Positions 1 through 9,855 of a DNA stretch of 64,000 bases are shown piece after piece. The notes beneath the pieces were generated by a model, which did not search any database, was not told the DNA's origin, and saw nothing but the letters and a program-made list of their open reading frames with translations. How positions within the stretch are numbered: position 1 is the first letter of the stretch; the number at the start of each line of letters is the position of its first letter. The stretch covers positions 7,091 to 71,090 of the forward strand of contig CAMVOK010000010.1 in the NCBI GenBank assembly GCA_947169115.1, read 5' to 3'. This DNA comes from an uncultured Prevotellaceae bacterium. GTDB lineage: Bacteria; Bacteroidota; Bacteroidia; Bacteroidales; Bacteroidaceae. Position numbers and translations under genes: made by a program.

Positions 1-1272
1 GACGTGGAACCTCCATTGCCCCCCATGCTGAAGACTATCGTCATCGAACGTCCCGACGACAACGACCCGATGGCAAAGGTCTATGCCCATGTCATCTGGA
101 ACAAACCATACATTGAGGAGGACCTGGCTGGCTACCGCATCTACTACCAACCCATGCAGAAGGACAATGAGGCCTGGCGGCTGATGACCCCTGACCTGCT
201 GGCGCCCACCGACACCATCTGCAAACTGGACATGACGGGACGGCGCACGGGCATGATATACATTGCCGCCTATGACCATACGGGCAACGAGAGCCGCTCC
301 TTCATCCAACAGGTGACACTGACGGACTTCAAGGCGCCCACCGCACCGGAGAACCTAAGGGCCGTGGTGCGCGAGATTAACCTCGAACGCGACACAGCGG
401 TGATAAACAGCAAGTGGGCCTACATCGACCTCTACTGGCAACCCCTGCCGGAGGACGACGACATCGACTACTTCGACGTGGCCTTTGCCAACGACACCAC
501 CCACAATTTCCTCATACGCAACAAGAGTGGCATACGCCAATCGACCTTCACCGACTCCGTGGCATTGAATGCCAACCAGCGTTACGTCTATTACAAGGTA
601 CGTGCCGTCGATTACTCTACAAATATCGGTGAGTGGAGCCACTGGATACAGGTGGAGCGCCCACACATCACACCACCCACACAACCTCACCTGGGCAAGT
701 CCAGCCACTCGGACGAGGAGGGCATGTACATGGAATGGATTGTGGGAGCCGATGCCGACATGAAACGCCACGTGCTTTACCGCCGCCTGGGCGACACGGG
801 CAAGTGGGAAATCCTGGCCAAGTACAACGCCGACTCGGTGAAGACGCAGGACAACACTATCATCGTACGCGACAACCCACCCTACTCGCAAACGCAACGC
901 TACTATTACTTCATGAAGAGTGTCAATGCCTCGCCCTTCGTGAGCCGCAGCTTGGCTGTGAGTTGGAAACATAAGGGACCACGCGTGCTCAACGTGCCCA
1001 TCGAACTGTCAGGCACTTACGACAATGGGACGCACCTGACGTGGTTCATCAACCCCAACAAGCTGCCCGCCGGAGATTGGTACTTCACCATCTACCGCAA
1101 GGGACCCAATGACAAGGACTTCAAATACTACATGTCTGCCGCCAAGGAAGACCGCGCCTACAAGGAACACACGCTGAAATCCAATGAAACGGCAGAATAC
1201 TACATAGAACTACAGTTCGAGGACGGCCGTCACAGCCAGTCGTCGAATACGGTGAGCGTCACGGCTAGTTGA
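1..1272 (+). CDS. C-terminal part of a large secreted protein built from fibronectin type III-like repeats (5' end lies outside the window)
   Basis: The frame is open from nt 1. About four ~100-aa units each end in a Y..V.A.D..GN.S-like strand pattern (YIAAYDHTGNES, YYKVRAVDYSTNIGEWS, YYYFMKSVNASPF, YYIELQFEDGRHSQSS). Overlapping ORFs are only short shadow frames. Confidence 0.6.
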   Translation, partial: DVEPPLPPMLKTIVIERPDDNDPMAKVYAHVIWNKPYIEEDLAGYRIYYQPMQKDNEAWRLMTPDLLAPTDTICKLDMTGRRTGMIYIAAYDHTGNESRSFIQQVTLTDFKAPTAPENLRAVVREINLERDTAVINSKWAYIDLYWQPLPEDDDIDYFDVAFANDTTHNFLIRNKSGIRQSTFTDSVALNANQRYVYYKVRAVDYSTNIGEWSHWIQVERPHITPPTQPHLGKSSHSDEEGMYMEWIVGADADMKRHVLYRRLGDTGKWEILAKYNADSVKTQDNTIIVRDNPPYSQTQRYYYFMKSVNASPFVSRSLAVSWKHKGPRVLNVPIELSGTYDNGTHLTWFINPNKLPAGDWYFTIYRKGPNDKDFKYYMSAAKEDRAYKEHTLKSNETAEYYIELQFEDGRHSQSSNTVSVTAS

Positions 1273-1300
1273 TAATAGACAACAGATAATTGATAATTAT

Positions 1301-2044
1301 ATGAAGGCGATACATAGAATCCTGTTATTCATAGTAGTAGCAGCGCAGTTGACAAGCTGCGGCCTACTGAATTATGATGTCGATGAAGAGGGGGTAACGA
1401 CACCTGCGAGCATGTCTGTGCCGGACACCATTTATGTAATGTGTGGCGATACATTCTCCTTGAATCCCGTGTTTTCCCCCGACACGATTAACATCAAGGA
1501 TATCTTCATTCTGCCTGAAAACAGCGAAGTGGTGGCGGTTCGCGGTTCAGATAAACTGGAGGCTGTGGGCGAAGGTGCTACCAAAATATACATTGTGTCT
1601 GTCTCGGCACGAATACAGGATAGTTGCATGGTCTATGTCTCAACCCCGTGGGAACCACGTCTCAGTGTCTGGCCTTACGAGACGGTGTTCTATGCCCACG
1701 TCACCGTGGGAGGACAACCCTTGGCGGAGGGCATGGAGGTGGCAGCCTTTGTGGGTGGCGAATGTCGCGCCATAGGCCAGGTCATGACCTCATTGGGCAT
1801 AACTTATACTCGTTTCCGTGTGGGGTCAGACATATTATACACGGACGATTACTGGGACGATGACGAGGATGATGACGAGGACGATGGAGAAGGAACAACC
1901 GGTCAGGAAAGCACTCTCCCAATTATCAACTTCCGGTGCTACGATCGCCCACATCGACGACTTTATACGACAGCAACCTACGGAGTCTTCGACGGCGAGG
2001 CACACGGCTCTTTGTCTGAATTGTTTGAAATAGCTTTTAAGTAA
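1301..2044 (+). CDS. Lipoprotein with an Ig-like (BIG2-type) domain and an acidic D/E linker
   Basis: Lipoprotein signal MKAIHRILLFIVVAAQLTSC. The segment IYVMCGDTFSLNP...VVAVRGSDKLEAVGEGATKIYIVS resembles a bacterial Ig-like group 2 domain. It also has the run DDYWDDDEDDDEDDGEG. Confidence 0.55.
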   Translation: MKAIHRILLFIVVAAQLTSCGLLNYDVDEEGVTTPASMSVPDTIYVMCGDTFSLNPVFSPDTINIKDIFILPENSEVVAVRGSDKLEAVGEGATKIYIVSVSARIQDSCMVYVSTPWEPRLSVWPYETVFYAHVTVGGQPLAEGMEVAAFVGGECRAIGQVMTSLGITYTRFRVGSDILYTDDYWDDDEDDDEDDGEGTTGQESTLPIINFRCYDRPHRRLYTTATYGVFDGEAHGSLSELFEIAFK

Positions 2045-2049
2045 TATCG

Positions 2050-2086
2050 TTCCTATAGTCCCTATAGTTCCTATAGTTCCTGTCAT
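2050..2086. repeat. 9-bp tandem word array (cctatagt type)
   Basis: tcctatagt ccctatagt tcctatagt tcctgtcat, between two genes. Confidence 0.85.
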
Positions 2087-2106
2087 AAGTCAAAAAACTT
2101 ACCACT

Positions 2107-4794
2107 ATGAAAAAGTTTCTTCCCTTCTTGGCTATATTTTTCCTACTCAACGGCTGTACGCTTTCGATGGAGGATTGGGTGCTTCCCGAGGAGGAGCGTG
2201 GAAAAGACGAACCCTACACCGTGGAGAGCGAGTATGGCACTATCACCTACCAGTTTAACGATAACGTGCTTTACGTTACCGACCGCGTACAGGAAGACTA
2301 TATTGTGCGTGTGGAGCACGATAGCATTCTCTACTTCAATGGTAATATACCAGACAAGTGGCGGCCTTATGTGGGGATGAAACTGGCTACGGGTTGTTCC
2401 CACTTGCTGCCATACGGTCTGAATCACCGTGTGGTCAGCGTTGAGGACGTGGGCGGCATCCTCAAGGTCGTGGCCACCAAGGTATCGACCGACGAGGTGT
2501 ATAAGCACCTAAGTTATTGCATTGATGCCGACATCGTGGCTCCCGACCTTGCCGGAATGTCAGAAGAAGAACTGAAAGACTATGGCTACGAACTGACCAT
2601 CGACCCCGAAACGGGCGACACCCTCATCATGGACTGGAACAACTACGATGTAGATAAGGGACTCCGGCCAGCCAATGCCAAACGTAATTCGCTAAAGATG
2701 GTGACACGTGCTGAGACGAATGAGGAGAAATCGGAAGAGGGCGCCCCAGACGATGTAAATGATGGAACAAAAAGGTCGGAATTTCTGAATTTGTTTTTCG
2801 ACACGCGTAACATAGACAAATTCCTTGATGCGACCACCGCTGCCCATGAATTCAGGAATGGCCTTCTCGAAATAGCCAAGGCTCGTGTACAAGAAGCCAC
2901 TGCGGGTTCGGGGCATCTGATAAGCGGTGATCCTTACATCGCATTAGGAATAGAGAGCGTACATTATCAGAAGGCTCATGCAGAGGAAGATAAGGATAAA
3001 GGCTTTGAACTCAAATATACCGACTCGTGGACTGAGTGGACTATGAAGGGTGAAGTGGGCTATTGTGTGTCTGCCGATCCTGGATATAAGGATACTCCTG
3101 CGGATAAGAGCAAGATGGGTATGCCTTCGGGCAGTTTTTTGGGTTATATGAAAGATGCCATATCCAAGAAGGCTGTTCCTAACAAAAATATTGCCCAACC
3201 TTCCAAGGGGTGGAACAATTTACGGATTCGTGTCATTATCACGGCAACTCCCATACCCATTGCTTTCATTGCTTCAGCCACGCTCACTCCCACCGTGGAA
3301 CTGAATGGTTGCCTCTGTTTCTCCGCAACCTATACATCCGACAGGCGCCGCGTGGGTTATAGGGTGGAGAATAAGGATTCAGAGAAGGAGGACATAGACA
3401 TGGAAGTATCCAAAGGAAAGATAACTGATGCCTCCATTGTGGGTAAAGGTTCGCTGAAGGTGGGCATGGCATTCAGGGCTGCCGCCGGACTGGAATTTGC
3501 CGGCACACTGGGTGTCACCTGTGGTGCAAATGTGGAGGCATACGTAGAGGGAGAACTTTCGTGCGATATCGGTGGAGCCATTAAGGATGGTGGCGTGGGA
3601 TTGGATAATTGCGATGGAAACTTTAAGTTCTATAGCGACTTCTATGGTGACATACAGTTGCATGTGGCTCCGTTGGGAATCAGTTTATGGGATAAACAGA
3701 TAGCGAAGTTCTGGACAATACATCTCATCAACTGGAGCAAGAAATATGGACCTTCGATCTATTTCATTAATGAGAAAGTCTATACAGGTAAAGATTTCAG
3801 ATGGGACCTGGAGAATACAGATAGTATAGGCATTTCCGGCTATTATCAATTCAAGGACCTTGATGGAGCAAAGGCTCTGTTCAACGTGAAGAATTATTAT
3901 CCTGGCATGAAACTCTACTTTGGCCCGATAAGTGACAACAACTATGTCTATATGGTACCCACAGACATTATGAATAAGCCACTTAACAGCAGCGATTGGA
4001 AAAATGCCAAGGAGGGTGAAACCTATCATTATTATTGGAAGGGTTTGCTCAACAAACAGCAGAAAGAAGGCATGCCAATCACTGAGGCTCATCTTGTACC
4101 TGTATTGATGGGCTTATACAATGACGTAGACTATTTGTACCCTGGAACTCTTACACAGAGTAATATGAATTCAATGGGAAATATTCTTGCCGATGCCATA
4201 GAGGTGAAGGATAGAGAAATTTCCGTTGATTTGGGTGACCCTGTCATCACAACCGTCGAGGCTGGACAGATTTCCGGCCAACCCACATACGACTTTTCTG
4301 ATGATCATGAGCAAGGGGCTTACGTCAGTACCGGAGGTGACGAACATGGAGGTCAGTCAGTCATGGTTAAGAAAGAACTGCGCAGATACACCTTCTACAC
4401 CACCGTTAAGGTACAGGGAGGAACACAATTGAAGGAATGGGGGTTGAAGGTGTACATCTTCGGACCTGATGGTAAGAAGAGGCTCGGCCCTCGCCACAAA
4501 CTACGCGTCAACAAACTTCGCTCTGGAATCTACACCTTCATCTTTTCATTCGAAACCGACTGGGGGACAACTACAAATATAGACAAGGAAAATCAGCATC
4601 TCTATTTCCGCGTACTACCCTATTGGACCAACCCGCGTGCCTCTGGTGACGAAATCGAAGCAGAGGATGCAGCCTCACTCAAGAAATACCCCATCAACTG
4701 GGAAATGGAGGACACCAAGAGCGAGGAAATTCTTAACAAAGGCAACGCTTCCAAGTGGGGCACCATCGACCAAAAGAGCATTCATGATTTTTAA
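2107..4794 (+). CDS. Large lipoprotein of unknown function (895 aa)
   Basis: Lipoprotein signal MKKFLPFLAIFFLLNGC. A long uninterrupted ORF with no recognisable catalytic motif, and a Gly/Ala-rich beta-looking core (GSLKVGMAFRAAAGLEFAGTLGVTCGANVEAYVEGE). Confidence 0.55.
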   Translation: MKKFLPFLAIFFLLNGCTLSMEDWVLPEEERGKDEPYTVESEYGTITYQFNDNVLYVTDRVQEDYIVRVEHDSILYFNGNIPDKWRPYVGMKLATGCSHLLPYGLNHRVVSVEDVGGILKVVATKVSTDEVYKHLSYCIDADIVAPDLAGMSEEELKDYGYELTIDPETGDTLIMDWNNYDVDKGLRPANAKRNSLKMVTRAETNEEKSEEGAPDDVNDGTKRSEFLNLFFDTRNIDKFLDATTAAHEFRNGLLEIAKARVQEATAGSGHLISGDPYIALGIESVHYQKAHAEEDKDKGFELKYTDSWTEWTMKGEVGYCVSADPGYKDTPADKSKMGMPSGSFLGYMKDAISKKAVPNKNIAQPSKGWNNLRIRVIITATPIPIAFIASATLTPTVELNGCLCFSATYTSDRRRVGYRVENKDSEKEDIDMEVSKGKITDASIVGKGSLKVGMAFRAAAGLEFAGTLGVTCGANVEAYVEGELSCDIGGAIKDGGVGLDNCDGNFKFYSDFYGDIQLHVAPLGISLWDKQIAKFWTIHLINWSKKYGPSIYFINEKVYTGKDFRWDLENTDSIGISGYYQFKDLDGAKALFNVKNYYPGMKLYFGPISDNNYVYMVPTDIMNKPLNSSDWKNAKEGETYHYYWKGLLNKQQKEGMPITEAHLVPVLMGLYNDVDYLYPGTLTQSNMNSMGNILADAIEVKDREISVDLGDPVITTVEAGQISGQPTYDFSDDHEQGAYVSTGGDEHGGQSVMVKKELRRYTFYTTVKVQGGTQLKEWGLKVYIFGPDGKKRLGPRHKLRVNKLRSGIYTFIFSFETDWGTTTNIDKENQHLYFRVLPYWTNPRASGDEIEAEDAASLKKYPINWEMEDTKSEEILNKGNASKWGTIDQKSIHDF

Positions 4795-4814
4795 GTAAAC
4801 CGTACTATCCGATA

Positions 4815-4848
4815 CGAGGGCACACGCAATACCAAGCGTGTGCCCTCG
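4815..4848 (+). terminator. Perfect 13-bp-stem hairpin just after the stop of the 895-aa gene (no clear U tract)
   Basis: cgagggcacacgc-aataccaa-gcgtgtgccctcg, starting 21 nt after the stop at 4794. Confidence 0.45.
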
Positions 4849-4849
4849 C

Positions 4850-5040
4850 TATATGGGGCGTGAGCGCAGAACCCCGCCAAAGCCCGAAGGGCTGATAAGA
4901 TTACAGGCAGGGGTAGAACCCCTGCTAAGATGTATGCAGTAGGCAAACCCCGAAGGGGTGGCAGAACTGTCTGTCGCCATTTTAGGGCTAACGTTACGTC
5001 TCTTTTTAACAGGGGGGTACCCCTGCCTGTAATCTGTTGC
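4850..5040. repeat. Nested GC-rich hairpin cluster bounded by a 17-bp inverted repeat (candidate structured RNA or MITE)
   Basis: gattacaggcaggggta (4899-4915) is the exact reverse complement of tacccctgcctgtaatc (5018-5034). Local hairpins are agccc-gaa-gggct (4880-4892), gcagggg-tagaa-cccctgc (4907-4925), acccc-gaa-ggggt (4946-4958) and cagggg-ggta-cccctg (5011-5026). Confidence 0.4.
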
Positions 5041-5207
5041 CCATTCTGGGCCTTGATGATAATTACACCGATAAAAATAAAGCCGATGAATTTGTCAAAC
5101 TCACGTTTTATGAACTTCTTTTGTGATATTATCGATAAATCAGTGAAATAACTACAATTTAGCATAAGAAATAAATGATTTTATTTCATTCTGCTCTCGT
5201 TTTTTCG

Positions 5208-5215
5208 TAATTTTG
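5208..5215 (+). promoter_or_regulatory. Bacteroidota -7 promoter box (TAnnTTTG)
   Basis: taattttg lies 31 nt upstream of the ATG at 5246, in an AT-rich intergenic region. Confidence 0.5.
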
Positions 5216-5245
5216 CAGCGGATTAGGTAAAAAGAGAAGAAAACA

Positions 5246-5830
5246 ATGGCAGAAAGTAATACAATTGTAGGAAAAAAGATTCGTGGCATACGCGAATCGA
5301 AGAATCTGAGTATAGAAGAAGTTGCTGAACGTAGTGGCTTGAGCGTGGAGCAAATCAAGTCGATAGAGAACGACGAGAATCTTCCTTCTTTGGGGCCGCT
5401 CATCAAAGTTGCTCGTGCCTTGGGGGTGCGTCTGGGTACGTTTATGGACGACAACGACGCGTTGGGTCCCGTGATTAACCGAGCAGAGGAGCGTGAGAAC
5501 AAGAGTAGTATCAGTTTCTCAAACGATGCCGTAGATGCGCGTACTCACATGGTTTACCACCCACTGGCCAACCAAAAAGCGGGCAGACACATGGAACCTT
5601 TCATTGTGGAGATTAATCCCAGCGAGAAAAAGGACTTCAATCTTTCGGCTCATGAGGGTGAGGAGTTCATCTATGTCATGGAAGGTGAGGTGGAAATTGA
5701 CTACGGAAAGCAGAAATATACCTTGAAACAGGGTGATAGTATCTTCTATGACAGCATTATAAAGCACCATGTACATGGGGTTGAGGGAAAGAGAGCCAAG
5801 ATTCTGGCCGTAGTCTATATTCCGTTCTAA
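5246..5830 (+). CDS. XRE-family HTH transcriptional regulator with a C-terminal cupin domain
   Basis: N-terminal HTH IGKKIRGIRESKNLSIEEVAERSGLSVEQIKSIE. C-terminal cupin strands EFIYVMEGEVEIDYGKQKYTLKQGDSIFYDSIIKHHV. Confidence 0.85.
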   Translation: MAESNTIVGKKIRGIRESKNLSIEEVAERSGLSVEQIKSIENDENLPSLGPLIKVARALGVRLGTFMDDNDALGPVINRAEERENKSSISFSNDAVDARTHMVYHPLANQKAGRHMEPFIVEINPSEKKDFNLSAHEGEEFIYVMEGEVEIDYGKQKYTLKQGDSIFYDSIIKHHVHGVEGKRAKILAVVYIPF

Positions 5831-5833
5831 TAT

Positions 5834-5866
5834 TCTCCTCCCCTTGCCTTCCCCGAGGGGAGGGTG
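5834..5866 (-). repeat. C-arm/G-arm hairpin element copy (intergenic)
   Basis: ctcctccccttgccttccccgaggggagggtg. Confidence 0.75.
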
Positions 5867-5893
5867 TGTATATGGACATAAAGATAGATAATC

Positions 5894-7600
5894 ATGTGTA
5901 AGAATAATATAGGAAAAGAAGATATGCAATCGTCAAACGTTACTGATGGGCTTGCTTTAAGCACACGTACCCTTGGCCAATGGCTTGAGCATTGGGCAGA
6001 GGTTACGCCTGACAAGGAATATATAGTATATTCAGATCGCGATTTGCGTTTCACCTGGAGTAAGTTCAACGAACGTGTTGACAACCTCGCCAAGGGACTG
6101 TTAGCTATTGGCGTGAAGAAAGGCAGCAATGTAGGTATTTGGGCTACGAATGTCCCAGACTGGCTTACGTTCCTATATGCTACGGCAAAGATTGGTGCAG
6201 TGTTGGTGACGGTGAACACCAACTACAAGCAGCACGAACTGGAGTATCTCTGCAAAGACTCAGACATGCATACGCTGTGCATTACGGACGGTACTTGGGA
6301 ATGTGACTATGTAGAGATGACTTACAAGATGCTGCCCGAACTGCGCGAATGCGAACGCGGACACTTGCAGAGCGAACGTTTCCCATACATGAAGAATGTG
6401 GTTTACATAGGTATGGAGAAATACCGTGGAATGTTCAATACTGCCGAACTGTTGCTTTTGGGTCAGAACATTGAGGATGAAGAACTGTTGGAGGCGAAGA
6501 AGGGGGTATCATGCCATGATGTAGTGAACATGCAATATACCTCGGGCACTACAGGTTTCCCCAAGGGTGTGATGCTTACGCATTATAATATCGCTAACGA
6601 CGGATTTTTCACGGGTGAGGCAATGGGCTTTACCGAGAAGGATAAACTCTGCGTGTGTGTGCCCCTATTCCATTGTTTTGGCGTGGTTCTTGCCACGATG
6701 AATTGCCTGACCCATGGCTGTACTGAGGTGATGGTGGAGAAGTTCGACCCATTGGTTGTATTAGCCAGCATTCATAAGGAGCGTTGTACGGCCCTCTATG
6801 GCGTGCCTACCATGTTTATTGCCGAACTCAATCATCCGATGTTCTCCATGTTCGACATGTCATGTCTGCGCACGGGCATTATGGCTGGTTCGCTCTGTCC
6901 CGTGGAACTCATGAAACAGGTGAGTGAAAAGATGTACATGACCATTACTTCGGTTTATGGTCTTACAGAATCGTCGCCAGGCATGACTCATACTTGTCTG
7001 GCGGACACATTCGAGCAACGTTGTACTACCGTCGGCCGCGACTATCCTTTCGTGGAAGTGCGTGTTATAGACCCCGAGACGGGAGAAGAATGTCCCGTAG
7101 GTGTGCAGGGTGAGATGTGTTGCCGCGGTTTCAATGTAATGAAGGGATATTATAAGAACCCACAGGCTACGGCAGAGGTGATAGACAAAGATGGTTTCCT
7201 CCATTCCGGTGACTTGGGCGTGAAGGACGAACAAGGCTACTATCGCATCACGGGTCGCATTAAAGATATGATTATACGTGGTGGTGAGAATGTTTATCCG
7301 CGCGAGATAGAAGAGTTCCTGTATCAAATGCCGGGTATTCGGGATGTACAGGTGGCTGCAGTTCCCTCGAAGAAATATGGCGAGGAGGTTGGGGCCTTCA
7401 TCATTCTGGAAGAAGGGGTTACCATGCAGCCTGAAGATGTACGCGATTTTTGCCGAGGCAAGATTTCACGATACAAGATACCCAAGTACGTGTTCTTTAT
7501 CGACCAGTTCCCTCTTACAGGAAGTGGTAAGATACAGAAATTTAAACTAAAGGAGATGAGTCTTGAACTCTGCAAACAGCAGGGAATAGAGGTTATCTAA
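5894..7600 (+). CDS. AMP-dependent synthetase/ligase (acyl-CoA synthetase family)
   Basis: AMP-binding motif [18 protein letters not shown], plus [12 protein letters not shown]...[29 protein letters not shown] and a terminal GKIQKFKL. The start could be 5894 or the ATG at 5924. Confidence 0.9.
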   Translation: MCKNNIGKEDMQSSNVTDGLALSTRTLGQWLEHWAEVTPDKEYIVYSDRDLRFTWSKFNERVDNLAKGLLAIGVKKGSNVGIWATNVPDWLTFLYATAKIGAVLVTVNTNYKQHELEYLCKDSDMHTLCITDGTWECDYVEMTYKMLPELRECERGHLQSERFPYMKNVVYIGMEKYRGMFNTAELLLLGQNIEDEELLEAKKGVSCHDVVNMQYTSGTTGFPKGVMLTHYNIANDGFFTGEAMGFTEKDKLCVCVPLFHCFGVVLATMNCLTHGCTEVMVEKFDPLVVLASIHKERCTALYGVPTMFIAELNHPMFSMFDMSCLRTGIMAGSLCPVELMKQVSEKMYMTITSVYGLTESSPGMTHTCLADTFEQRCTTVGRDYPFVEVRVIDPETGEECPVGVQGEMCCRGFNVMKGYYKNPQATAEVIDKDGFLHSGDLGVKDEQGYYRITGRIKDMIIRGGENVYPREIEEFLYQMPGIRDVQVAAVPSKKYGEEVGAFIILEEGVTMQPEDVRDFCRGKISRYKIPKYVFFIDQFPLTGSGKIQKFKLKEMSLELCKQQGIEVI

Positions 7601-9849
7601 ACTCCTGACAGTACTTTCTTCAACTGATTCACTTTTTCGTGACAGCCAGCCACCCAAAGCTTATTGCCTTGGGTAATCTGGTGGTCGGCTCCGGCAACAC
7701 GGATATTACCATGCCGATTCTCTATGCCCACAACCAGACAACGGTATTGGTTGCGGATTCCACTGTCTTTGATAAGTATGCCTTCCAGGGGACTGCCTTC
7801 TCCTACCTCGATGCAGGCAAGTTGCATGGGGGATGTCTCATCAAGGCTGGGAGGGATGGTTTCGCTATTCATGCGCTGGCGGAGCTGTTCTATGCTTTGG
7901 TCGTCGCCTACGACTTCGAGTGTATCGTGGGGAAAGAGGATATTAGAACCGCCTGGTATATTCAGGCTTTGGTGGTCGCGGATAATTGCCGCGATATGTA
8001 CTCCATTTCGTCCCCCTATACGTAGTTGAGCCAGTGTCTTGCCGCCCCAGGCTGTACCTTCAGGTAAACTTAGGCGGGCGATGTGGAGATCGCGGCCACG
8101 AAGTTGACGGGCATAAGCGGGTCCGGAATTTTCTCGCTGTGAAAGATTGTCTAAAAAGGTATCCTCCATCCGCATACTTATTTTACGTATCCATTTGCTA
8201 CGAACAATGAGCAACACAATGGCAGTGGCAACGAGTATGTGCCAGTACCAACGGAAGGGGGAAAGGTAGTTGAGTACGTAATAGACTACGTTCACGGCAA
8301 AAATGAAGCGGACGATAATGGAGATTTCGACGAATGCCGTGCTTAGGGCTCCACGTTGTCGCAGTGCATTGGCTTCCTTCGAACGGTTATTCTTCATGAT
8401 GATGGGGCGCAACAGGGGAGCCAGAAGTAATAACACCAAGACCGCACAGATGGCATTGCCAGCCCAGTGCCCAAACAGGGAACGGCACATGAGCAGCAAC
8501 GATACGAATAATAATGTGATAACGGCAATGGAGAGAACGCCGTAAATTAGGGTTTGGAGGAGTAGCTTACGGAGGAAGGAATAAAGAATGTTGGAAAATG
8601 AAGCCTCAGAGGACAGGTCGAAGTCTTTGGTCTCCCGAGAGGTCTTCTTTTCTCCAGAATCGTTCTTCTTATTCTGGGGCTCTTTTTCTTTTCCTTTTAG
8701 TTTTCCAGCCAGCTTAATCATATAGGGCGTGAGGAATGTCGTAATGATACTTGTTGCAACAACGATGGGCATCAGATAACCTTCTGTTACGCCCAAAGAC
8801 TCACCCAGACCAGCAATGATAAAGGCAAATTCACCAATCTGCGCCATTGAGAAACCGCTCATTAGCGCATCGTTCCTGCTGCTGCCAGAAAGCAAGTATC
8901 CCATGGTGCCAAATATGGCCTGTCCCAAAAGGATGGTAAATACGAGTACTACAATGGGTAGCCAGTGGACAAGTAAGTCGCTGGGTGAAACCATCATACC
9001 CACGGATACGAAGAAGATGGCTCCGAACAAGTCTTTTATCGATGAAATGGACGAGTCGATGCGTTCTGCCTCTACGGTTTCGGCTAATATGCTGCCCATC
9101 ATGAACGCTCCCAATGCGGTGCTATATCCTACAGAATCGGCAACGACCACCATAAGGAAACACAGACCGATGGAGACAATGACAAGCGTTTCCTTGTTGA
9201 TGAACGAACGGTTGCGACTTAGAAAGGTTGGAATAAACCACATGCCCACCACAAACCACACCAATAAGAAGAAACCGAGTTTGACGAGGGAAAGTATTAG
9301 TTCTGAACCTTGAAAACGATTGCTGACAGCCACTGCCGACAAGATAACCATGACGACGATGCCTAATATGTCCTCCAGAATAAGTACTGACATCACTTTG
9401 CTGGCAAAGCGACGTGTCATCAGTCCCATGTCATCGAAGGCTTTATATATAATGGTTGTACTGGACATGGCCAACATTCCTCCCACAAACATACAGTTAA
9501 TGGGTGTCCATCCTAACAGATAGCCAGCTCCGCATCCCATGCCCCACATGCTGAGCATGATGAAAAAGGCTGCAATGATGGGCGATACTCCTCCCTTCAG
9601 AATCTTCTTGAATGAAAACTCCAAGCCCAGGGAGAACATGAGGAAGATGACACCTATCTGGCTCCAGACCTCAATGGACTCATGTTCCTCAACTGTGGGG
9701 AAGAGAGACATGTTAGGGCCAGCAATGAAGCCAGCCAATATGTAACCCAGCACCAAAGGTTGCTTCAACCGCTTAAAGATAATGGTTGTAATTCCAGCAA
9801 CTATTAGTATGAGAGCCAAGTCGCTGATGAGATGGGGCAATTCTGCCAT
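7597..9849 (-). CDS. CPA2-family cation:proton antiporter with two C-terminal RCK_C (TrkA-C) domains
   Basis: N-terminus [39 protein letters not shown] is typical of Kef/YbaL-type exchangers, and there are many TM segments. The C-terminal [17 protein letters not shown] and [15 protein letters not shown] units look like RCK_C. Confidence 0.85.
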   Translation of the reverse strand: MAELPHLISDLALILIVAGITTIIFKRLKQPLVLGYILAGFIAGPNMSLFPTVEEHESIEVWSQIGVIFLMFSLGLEFSFKKILKGGVSPIIAAFFIMLSMWGMGCGAGYLLGWTPINCMFVGGMLAMSSTTIIYKAFDDMGLMTRRFASKVMSVLILEDILGIVVMVILSAVAVSNRFQGSELILSLVKLGFFLLVWFVVGMWFIPTFLSRNRSFINKETLVIVSIGLCFLMVVVADSVGYSTALGAFMMGSILAETVEAERIDSSISSIKDLFGAIFFVSVGMMVSPSDLLVHWLPIVVLVFTILLGQAIFGTMGYLLSGSSRNDALMSGFSMAQIGEFAFIIAGLGESLGVTEGYLMPIVVATSIITTFLTPYMIKLAGKLKGKEKEPQNKKNDSGEKKTSRETKDFDLSSEASFSNILYSFLRKLLLQTLIYGVLSIAVITLLFVSLLLMCRSLFGHWAGNAICAVLVLLLLAPLLRPIIMKNNRSKEANALRQRGALSTAFVEISIIVRFIFAVNVVYYVLNYLSPFRWYWHILVATAIVLLIVRSKWIRKISMRMEDTFLDNLSQRENSGPAYARQLRGRDLHIARLSLPEGTAWGGKTLAQLRIGGRNGVHIAAIIRDHQSLNIPGGSNILFPHDTLEVVGDDQSIEQLRQRMNSETIPPSLDETSPMQLACIEVGEGSPLEGILIKDSGIRNQYRCLVVGIENRHGNIRVAGADHQITQGNKLWVAGCHEKVNQLKKVLSGV

Positions 9850-9855
9850 AATCCT

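Noticed and set aside
355-972. 205-aa minus-strand ORF and several 60-110 aa plus-strand alternative-frame ORFs
   Set aside because: All lie inside the long Fn3-repeat reading frame. Open alternative frames are expected in GC-rich sequence.
4795-5245. tRNA, tmRNA, RNase P or SRP RNA in the 450-bp gap
   Set aside because: I could find no cloverleaf arms, T-loop GTTCRA box, tmRNA GGGG...CCA ends or conserved RNase P/SRP motifs. Only the hairpin cluster is reported, as a candidate.
5152-5502. 116-aa minus-strand ORF
   Set aside because: It overlaps the promoter and 5' half of the XRE-cupin regulator gene and has no supporting motif.
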